Positions 58,059 to 64,000 of a DNA stretch of 64,000 nucleotides are shown here, piece after piece. Within the stretch, counting starts at the first letter, position 1. Each line of letters starts with the position of its first letter. This DNA is from a virus. Taxonomy: Duplodnaviria; Caudoviricetes. The stretch lies in the IMG/VR virus record IMGVR_UViG_3300042271_000539, positions 1 to 64,000 of that record, one strand, 5' to 3'. Under the pieces are notes generated by a model. It saw nothing but the letters and a program-made list of their open reading frames with translations, did not search any database and was not told where the DNA came from. Made by a program: the position numbers and the translations under genes.

Positions 58059-59267
58059 ATGTTTGAGATTGTGGGTAAACATGGTTTAGCCAAAGTATTT
58101 GCTAAAGATTACGATGAATCTGCTATAAAGCAAATATACGGTATTTTAGCTAGTCCAATATCTAAAGATGCCAATGTGAGAATTATGCCAGATTACCACG
58201 CTGGTGCTGGTTGCGTCATAGGAACTACTATGAAGATCGGGGATAAAGTATGCCCAAATATTGTTGGGGTAGATATTGGTTGTGGCGTGTTAACTATCGA
58301 ATTAGGCAAGGCTAGCATTGACTTAGAGAAGCTAGACAACTTTATTAAAAGAGAGATTCCTAGTGGCTTTTCTGTAGGTAATTCTAGCAGTTTCTATACA
58401 GAGTGCCTGGTGAACGAATTAAGATGTTTTAAAGATATTAAAAATTTAGATAGAATTTATAAGTCTATGGGGTCTCTTGGTGGCGGAAATCATTTTATTG
58501 AGATTGATAAGGACGATGATAATAATAAGTATCTCTTAATCCATACTGGATCTAGAAACTTAGGTCTACAGGTTGCCAAGTACTATCAAGACAAAGCAAC
58601 TAAGAAGATATCAGATAGTCTAGGCTCTGCTAGAGAGACTTTAATTCATGAAAATATTAAAGCCTTAAAAGAGGCAGGTCTACAAGAGTCTATACCGAAC
58701 TACTTGAAAAACGAGGCTTCCTTCAAAAGAAGTTGGAGTAAAGACTTAGACTTTCTGGTGGGCCAAGACATGGAAGACTATCTTCATGATATGTTTATTT
58801 GCCAACAATTTGCTAGGGATAACAGACGAAGTATTGCTGAAAAAATATTAGACTTCTTAAATATAAAAGATTACGAATATTTTGATACAATACACAACTA
58901 CATAGATATAAAAAGCAAAATACTACGTAAAGGTGCTGTATCAGCCAAAAGGCAGGAGAGATTAGTTATACCCATTAATATGCGTGACGGTGCTCTGATT
59001 TGTATAGGTAAAGGTAACCCAGAATGGAACTGCTCAGCACCTCATGGGGCTGGTAGAATCCTATCTCGCAGTGAGGCTAAACGACAACTGACTGAAGATC
59101 AGTTTAAGGAGACCATGGATGGTGTTTATACATCAACAGCAACAATAGATACTATTGATGAATCACCAATGGCATATAAACCGATTGAGAATATTATAGG
59201 TAGTATTGGAGACACGGTAGAGATAGTAAAGACAATAAAACCAATTTATAATTTTAAGGCAAACTAA
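58059..59267 (+). CDS. rtcB: RNA ligase RtcB
   Basis: MPDYHAG, VGVDIGCG, GSLGGGNHF, HTGSR, HNY, RKGA, PHGAGR, DESPMAYK; ATG 58059 after GAGGGG. Confidence 0.95.
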   Translation: MFEIVGKHGLAKVFAKDYDESAIKQIYGILASPISKDANVRIMPDYHAGAGCVIGTTMKIGDKVCPNIVGVDIGCGVLTIELGKASIDLEKLDNFIKREIPSGFSVGNSSSFYTECLVNELRCFKDIKNLDRIYKSMGSLGGGNHFIEIDKDDDNNKYLLIHTGSRNLGLQVAKYYQDKATKKISDSLGSARETLIHENIKALKEAGLQESIPNYLKNEASFKRSWSKDLDFLVGQDMEDYLHDMFICQQFARDNRRSIAEKILDFLNIKDYEYFDTIHNYIDIKSKILRKGAVSAKRQERLVIPINMRDGALICIGKGNPEWNCSAPHGAGRILSRSEAKRQLTEDQFKETMDGVYTSTATIDTIDESPMAYKPIENIIGSIGDTVEIVKTIKPIYNFKAN

Positions 59268-59307
59268 TCTCGCAAACATTACGAGATAGCTTGCGAGAGA
59301 GGGTATT

Positions 59308-59526
59308 ATGGAAAACAAAAGGGTGAGAATTAATTACAACATTAAAGGAACAATTGAATTTGATGTGGGTGATAGTAACTTAGATAAGCCTCTCATTAAT
59401 GAACTTAAGGGGAAATTTAGAGAAGAGTTAACATCGAGTTTAAACTATGCGCTAAAGTATATCCCCGAGGGATCTGGAGACAAAGCTGAGTTTACGGTAA
59501 CAAAGGTAGCAATAGAAAGAATATAA
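59308..59526 (+). CDS. Hypothetical protein
   Basis: 72-aa ORF, RBS GAGGG. Confidence 0.5.
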   Translation: MENKRVRINYNIKGTIEFDVGDSNLDKPLINELKGKFREELTSSLNYALKYIPEGSGDKAEFTVTKVAIERI

Positions 59527-59552
59527 ATTTTATAAATTTTTTTCTATTTCTG

Positions 59553-59586
59553 TTGCATTTTTCACTTTTAGTGTATTATAATATAG
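59553..59586 (+). promoter_or_regulatory. Sigma70-like promoter TTGCAT-18-TATAAT(ATAG)
   Basis: Also shares TATAATATAGTGTAAGG with both ncRNA promoters. Confidence 0.65.
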
Positions 59587-59618
59587 TGTAAGGAATAAAA
59601 TTTAATTTAGGAGGAATT

Positions 59619-59795
59619 ATGAAAGGAACCTGGGATCCGAAAAAAGGAAAGTATGTAAAGTCAAAAAAAGAAAAGTCAGAAAGAAACTGGATTCATAAGA
59701 ATAACTATATTAAAACAAAGTATGGGATTATAAAGGGACCAAATACACCTTATGTAAAATCGAAAGGCGCTGAACCTGTTGAAGGTAAAGATTAG
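59619..59795 (+). CDS. Small Lys-rich protein (58 aa, not in ORF track)
   Basis: Strong RBS AGGAGG, ATG 59619, TAG 59793-59795. Confidence 0.6.
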   Translation: MKGTWDPKKGKYVKSKKEKSERNWIHKNNYIKTKYGIIKGPNTPYVKSKGAEPVEGKD

Positions 59796-60903
59796 AGACT
59801 TTCAGATAATTAAAGAAGCTGACCTGGAGTTTTCTCCAGGTATTACTGCCATTGTTGGTAGTAGTAATAATGGCAAAAGTTCTATTATCAGAGCCATAGA
59901 GGCAGCTATCAACAACAAAGGTGGGTCAAGCTTTATAAACTATGATTCAGACTCTTGTGAGGTTACTATTGAAGACAATGGGCATACAATTATATGGCAT
60001 AAAGATCAGTCCTCTAGAAAGTCTTTTTACGATATTGATGGTGAAAAACTTACTAAGATAGGACAAACTCAACTTGATGAAGTTGGTGCATTATTAAACA
60101 TGTCTGAAATATCAGTTAACAATGACAGATTTAGATTAAATTTCTGGAAACAGATGGACTTCCCTTTCTTAGTAGGTAGAACATCTTATCAACTTTTCGA
60201 TTTCATCTCTAAGTCAAAAGAACAAGAGATGATACAGGAACTAAGAGAAATATCGGTAGAAGACTTTAAAACATTAAAGAAAGACACGGATAATCTTGAC
60301 TCTAATATAAATTTAAAAACTAAAGATATCAGTGTCATAGAGAGTTCTTTAGAAGAGCTCAGGCCTTTTACGGAGTATAACCTAGTTAGGCTAGAAAAGC
60401 TTGTTGAAATTAAAGACCACCTATCAACATACTTAAAAGACTTTGATAGAACTACAGAAAATATTTCTAACTACACTTTTGGTCTGTCTGAGATAGTAGA
60501 AAAGATTTCGATGCTAACTGGTAAATTTAAGAGTATAGAGAGTCTGTATGAGTTTTCTGAGGCTCTAATGCCAGTTATTGAAGCATATGATGAATCAGTT
60601 TTCAACTTAGATTCTTTAGAAAATACTGATCTAAAAATATTGGACAGTAAAATAAAAGAAAACGAAAATAAGGTAATGAAACTCGAAGCCTTAGTTTCTA
60701 AGATTGAGGATCAAGAGAGAGTTAGAGCAGACTTACAAGACCTTTTAAAAGAGTACTGTGTCGTAGGTACCACCTTAGACACACACAAAGACTATATAAA
60801 TAATATAGAGGAAGAGATTGTTAAAGTGAACAAGTCTCTAGAAGAGTTTGAAGTATGCCCATTGTGTGGCAATAGTTTGAAGGAGGACAGTTGTGGACAG
60901 TAA
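59779..60903 (+). CDS. Rad50/SbcC-like ATPase, N-terminal half (Walker A, coiled coil, zinc hook)
   Basis: IRDFQ, GSSNNGKSS, Q-loop KQMD, terminal CPLCG; TTG start. Confidence 0.8.
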   Translation: MKVKIRDFQIIKEADLEFSPGITAIVGSSNNGKSSIIRAIEAAINNKGGSSFINYDSDSCEVTIEDNGHTIIWHKDQSSRKSFYDIDGEKLTKIGQTQLDEVGALLNMSEISVNNDRFRLNFWKQMDFPFLVGRTSYQLFDFISKSKEQEMIQELREISVEDFKTLKKDTDNLDSNINLKTKDISVIESSLEELRPFTEYNLVRLEKLVEIKDHLSTYLKDFDRTTENISNYTFGLSEIVEKISMLTGKFKSIESLYEFSEALMPVIEAYDESVFNLDSLENTDLKILDSKIKENENKVMKLEALVSKIEDQERVRADLQDLLKEYCVVGTTLDTHKDYINNIEEEIVKVNKSLEEFEVCPLCGNSLKEDSCGQ

Positions 60904-61138
60904 ACAACTACAGAGAAAGTATAGTGAGTTAAAAGAAAAACTAGATGATTTAAAATCTAGTAAGATAAAAAAAGAAACACTAAAGGAATCCTTAGAGAAA
61001 GAGAAACAGTCACTCGAGGAAAAAATCTTAAAACTAGCATCTACAAAAACTGTAGAAGAAGCTAGAGCTAAGTTAGATTTAGTTGAGAGCAAGCTATCTG
61101 AACTATTGACTGAGGCTGAGGCTATCATCAATGGATAG
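60893..61138 (+). CDS. Short coiled-coil protein between the Rad50 halves
   Basis: 81-aa heptad-rich ORF; RBS AAGGAGG. Confidence 0.6.
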   Translation: MDSKQLQRKYSELKEKLDDLKSSKIKKETLKESLEKEKQSLEEKILKLASTKTVEEARAKLDLVESKLSELLTEAEAIING

Positions 61139-61772
61139 TTCTAAAGTTATAGAGACCTTTAATTCAAAAATAAGCCTCTATAATTATAAGTTAAAGCAAT
61201 TAGAGGACACACAGAGAGAGAAAGAATCTTTAATTAAAGAAAAAGAATCCCTAGATAAAACTAAGGACTTGAAAGAGAACTTGATTTTAACTTGCAAGCT
61301 AATTGTTGAAAGGATAACCTATTCAAGCAAGGCTAAGTTAGAGAGGTTCCTAACTAAGGCCCTGAAAAGCATATTTACGGATCGTGACTATGAGATCAAA
61401 TTAGTTCTAAAAGAGGACACTAAAAAAGCTGGTTTAGATTTAGTACTATCAGAGAATGGTGTCGACCAAGAGATAACTGACGCTGTTGGTGGTGGTATTG
61501 TGTCTACTCTTGGGCTGTTATTGCAAATATACTATATTGAAGTATACCAACTAAATAAGATAATGTTTATAGACGAGGGTCTTAAGGAGATTTCTACTGG
61601 AGTTAATGCTGAAGGTGAGGCTGTTAACTATCTTAATAATCTTTTAACATTTTTGAAGTGGTTGGCAGAAACTAAGGAATACTCTCTAGTAATCATAACT
61701 CATGATAACACTGTAAAAGAGTTTGCCAATTCTGTATATACTGTAAGAAAAGGGAAGGTGGAAAAATGTTAG
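61131..61772 (+). CDS. Rad50/SbcC-like ATPase, C-terminal half
   Basis: Signature AVGGG, Walker B MFIDEG, H-loop IITHD. Confidence 0.8.
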   Translation: MDSSKVIETFNSKISLYNYKLKQLEDTQREKESLIKEKESLDKTKDLKENLILTCKLIVERITYSSKAKLERFLTKALKSIFTDRDYEIKLVLKEDTKKAGLDLVLSENGVDQEITDAVGGGIVSTLGLLLQIYYIEVYQLNKIMFIDEGLKEISTGVNAEGEAVNYLNNLLTFLKWLAETKEYSLVIITHDNTVKEFANSVYTVRKGKVEKC

Positions 61773-62113
61773 ATACCAAATTGATTGTTCTAATTGTTAT
61801 GGCTTTGACTCTCATTTTAATTTTATGTTATATGGGTATTGCTCATATTGTGCTTGGCAAGATTCCTTTAGAGATGACTACACAAGTTTTATCTCCAGGG
61901 AAGAAATATCACTTCAATTTTAAAAAAAGCTTATTTAGTGTGGGTAGCTTTGAGATCATACCCAAAGAAGACCACCAAACACTTTTAAAAATAACAGAGT
62001 ATTACAATGGTAATCGTGACTACCTTATACAGGCTTATATTTCTGGGTTACTGGTGTACTCTTCAAATCTAAAAAATGCTTATTTTATAGTAGATACAAA
62101 TGAAGATGAATAA
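61766..62113 (+). CDS. Hypothetical membrane protein
   Basis: N-terminal hydrophobic helix. Confidence 0.5.
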   Translation: MLDTKLIVLIVMALTLILILCYMGIAHIVLGKIPLEMTTQVLSPGKKYHFNFKKSLFSVGSFEIIPKEDHQTLLKITEYYNGNRDYLIQAYISGLLVYSSNLKNAYFIVDTNEDE

Positions 62114-62117
62114 GTAT

Positions 62118-62170
62118 TTGACATAGTGTCAAAAGTTATTGCATTTTTAGAAAGTTATACATTATATAAT
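62118..62170 (+). promoter_or_regulatory. TTGACA-TAG-TGTCAA inverted repeat and TTGCAT promoter for the RNA cluster
   Basis: IR 62118-62132; TTGCAT 62139-62144; TATATAAT 62163-62170. Confidence 0.55.
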
Positions 62171-62187
62171 ATTGGTAAGTATAATTA

Positions 62188-62300
62188 TTGCCTTCTACAG
62201 AGGTGCATGGAGTATATATTCATTGTATTTTCTTTTTTCAAAGCCAATCAGTAAATAAATCCTCCTTTCAGCCAGCTCTATGCATCTCTGTAGAGGGCAA
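62188..62300 (+). ncRNA. Long stem-loop RNA (26-bp stem, 61-nt loop with CCTCCTTT)
   Basis: Arms 62188-62213/62275-62300; all four deviations from a perfect IR are G-U compatible on the + strand. Confidence 0.55.
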
Positions 62301-62331
62301 TAGTCATAACCGAAAATAGAAACTGCTATCG

Positions 62332-62393
62332 TAGATGGACGTATACAGCAAAATGAAAGATGAATCTGTTAAATTCCTCCCTTAAACGTCTTG
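62332..62393 (+). ncRNA. Y-RNA-like unit 1 with Asn(GTT) anticodon arm
   Basis: GGACGT/ACGTCT stem, ATACAGCAA, GAAT-CTGTTAA-ATTC. Confidence 0.6.
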
Positions 62394-62420
62394 ACAATAG
62401 TATAATAAAAGTTAATAGTA

Positions 62421-62514
62421 TAGATGGACACATACAGCAACTAAACACATTCCAATGGTAGGAAAATTCTCTTATAAAGAATCTGAGCGGTTCAATTCCG
62501 CAAGTCGTGTCTTG
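62421..62514 (+). ncRNA. Y-RNA-like unit 2 with D, Ile(TAT) anticodon and T arms but no acceptor stem
   Basis: GGACAC/GTGTCT stem, ATACAGCAA, TTCC/GGAA, ATTCT-CTTATAA-AGAAT, GCGG-TTCAATT-CCGC. Confidence 0.65.
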
Positions 62515-62539
62515 TTACTATTAAAATTCGCTTTAAATA

Positions 62540-62668
62540 TAGATGGATGCATACAGCAAACTTTAGCGATGATCTTGTAAATCAGTGGCTATAGGTTCGA
62601 GTCCTATATAATTCACCTAGTGGGTTATTAGCTCAGTTGGTAGAGCACTTAGCGAAAAACGCATCTTG
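62540..62668 (+). ncRNA. Y-RNA-like unit 3 containing circularly permuted tRNA-Thr(TGT)
   Basis: GGATGC/GCATCT stem, ATACAGCAA; order anticodon arm, T arm, acceptor 3' strand, linker, acceptor 5' strand, D arm. Confidence 0.7.
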
Positions 62669-62707
62669 ATATTTAAAAATATAAAAGTTTTATATAATCA
62701 TTGTATA

Positions 62708-62835
62708 CCGTAAGTAACGGTTCGAGTATTACTTATGTGGATGTTGGTCTTCCGAAAATGACGGAGACATAAAACACAGAATATCATTTACTTGGATGTT
62801 AAACCGAGAGTAACGGTTCGAGTATTGCTCATGTG
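62708..62835 (+). repeat. Two 32-nt T-loop-like hairpin repeats (62708-62739, 62804-62835)
   Basis: 28/32 identical, GGTTCGAG loop, compensatory A-T to G-C change. Confidence 0.65.
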
Positions 62836-62852
62836 TATGAAAAGCATTCATT

Positions 62853-63437
62853 ATGAAGGCTTTTCATTTAGGAAGGTATAAAAGATATGAAAGACTTACA
62901 GGCCCTTATAAAGATCACTATATTACTTTTAGTGAGAGACCGATTATGGCTAAATTCCATGGTGAAACATTAGCTAGAAAATATAATAATATGCAGTCAA
63001 TTGTAGCAAATACTAATATCAAAGCAGTATTTGATTTAATCCTAGATGTTGCGGTTAGAAATAATTTACAACAAGAGGATCTACCAACTCATATTTATAT
63101 TTTCTCAGATATGGAATTTGACGAATGCGTTACTACATCTGAGGACCCTTGGATGAGAGTAACGCCAGTAAATAGAACTCTTTTTGAAAAAATCAAAGAT
63201 GAATACAGTAGAAGAGGTTATAGACTACCACAAGTAATCTTCTGGAATCTAGACGCTAGACATAACCAACATCCAGTTAAGCAACACGAAACTGGCGCAG
63301 CTCTGGTTAGTGGTTTCTCTCCAACAGCTTTTAAATTTATCTCTGAAGGTGTAATTTTAACACCTATGGAAGTTATGATGGAGACTTTAAATAGTCCTCG
63401 TTATGCCAAACTTTCTGAGCTTTTTAAGGAAGAGTAA
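62853..63437 (+). pseudogene. 5'-truncated DUF2828-like (TROVE/vWA-related) gene
   Basis: ITFSERP, NTNIKAVFDLIL, IFSDMEFD, IFWNL, VSGFSP motifs of the C-terminal vWA-like part; N-terminal domain and MIDAS DxSxS absent. Confidence 0.65.
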
Positions 63438-63508
63438 GACCTAGTAATTAGTAATTTAATAGGGTTATAAAAATTTATTTCGACTATAACTTTTATAGCC
63501 CTCTATTT

Positions 63509-63595
63509 GGAAAGTAAATTGCACTGGCGTGTAACCTAGTCTTGAAAACTAGTGGTTCCGAGAGGAATGGGGATCGATACCTCTGCTTTCCGCCA
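63509..63595 (+). tRNA. tRNA-Ser(TGA)
   Basis: GGAAAGT/GCTTTCC acceptor, G73, CCA; CTAGT-CTTGAAA-ACTAG; long variable arm. Confidence 0.85.
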
Positions 63596-63608
63596 TATTA
63601 TACTTGCA

Positions 63609-63673
63609 AATCTAGAAGACTTGGTAGGGAATTTGTTTTGATAAAACACTGGGATCGATTACCCAGCTAGATT
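63609..63673 (+). pseudogene. Degenerate tRNA-like element (possible Ile GAT loop)
   Basis: AATCTAG/CTAGATT closing stem, TGTT-TTGATAA-AACA, CTGGG-ATCGATTA-CCCAG; no CCA, short. Confidence 0.4.
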
Positions 63674-63713
63674 AAACTTATATGAAAGTCCTCCTTTGCA
63701 AGGGAGGCATTAT

Positions 63714-63788
63714 GGATGTGTAGCTCAATGGCAGAGCGATCGGCTCATAACCGATTGGTTGGGGGTTCAAATCCCTCCAGATCCACCA
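63714..63788 (+). tRNA. tRNA with CAT anticodon (Ile2 or elongator Met)
   Basis: Cloverleaf, ATCGG-CTCATAA-CCGAT, TTCAAAT T-loop, ACCA end; one acceptor mismatch. Confidence 0.85.
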
Positions 63789-63791
63789 TAT

Positions 63792-63884
63792 ATTCCTATA
63801 GTGTAATGGAAGCACCCTAAGCTACGTGGCAGAAATGCCTACGTATGTAGAGAAGTATAGGTTCGAGCCCTATTAGGAATTCCA
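63792..63884 (+). tRNA. Atypical tRNA-like RNA: intact acceptor/D/T arms and CCA, anticodon arm replaced by GAAA-capped hairpin
   Basis: ATTCCTA/TAGGAAT-T-CCA; GTGT/GCAC D arm; ATAGG-TTCGAGC-CCTAT; TACGT-GGCA-GAAA-TGCC-T-ACGTA. Confidence 0.6.
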
Positions 63885-64000
63885 CTTTTAAACTTAAGGG
63901 ACCGTGAAAGGTTAATCGAAGTTTCAGTCGACCATCACTAGACTGTTTTCACATTAGGCATGGTGATGCATGCCCCCTACATCTAACTACCGCTCAGTAG

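Noticed and set aside
62332-62835. CRISPR array
   Set aside because: The repeats are short paired stem halves enclosing tRNA-like cargo of unequal length (about 35-100 nt), not constant repeats with uniform spacers. No cas operon is present; the PD-(D/E)XK nuclease at 41509 is a common phage gene.
1-64000. Stop-codon reassignment (TAG/TGA recoding seen in some large phages)
   Set aside because: Conserved genes (MCP, TerL, RtcB, helicase) are full length in the standard code, TAA, TAG and TGA all end genes at sensible boundaries, and no suppressor tRNA was seen.

Overview
A 64-kb segment of a large, AT-rich tailed dsDNA phage with T4-like (myovirus) morphogenesis genes. All credible genes lie on the + strand, read in the standard code and often have strong AGGAG(G) ribosome-binding sites; this suggests a Bacillota/Mollicutes-like host (inference). 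Layout: accessory and lysis genes with repeat proteins and an ArdA-like antirestriction domain (1-12 kb); prohead protease/scaffold and major capsid protein (12-16.6 kb); tail sheath, tube, tape measure, baseplate and fibres (18-38.7 kb); terminase large subunit; nucleases, neck and probable head proteins; a sigma-like factor and HU; a split family-A DNA polymerase, Mre11/SbcD, primase, SF2 helicase, methyltransferase, RtcB and a split Rad50/SbcC (50-62 kb); and a tRNA/ncRNA cluster (62.2-64 kb). No portal, endolysin or integrase was recognised. Two candidate systems stand out. (1) A stand-alone reverse transcriptase (9647-10834), not of canonical DGR, retron or group II type, is followed by a ~200-nt structured ncRNA. 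A second copy of that ncRNA lies 33 kb away, with an identical 66-nt core and sequence-different but structure-conserved hairpins. (2) Three Y-RNA-like units (TAGATGGA-NNN-ATACAGCAA...NNN-TCTTG, covarying stem) each carry a different tRNA anticodon arm, and one holds a circularly permuted tRNA-Thr. They sit beside a truncated DUF2828-like gene and near rtcB. All family assignments are from motif recognition by eye; no database searches or folding programs were run.
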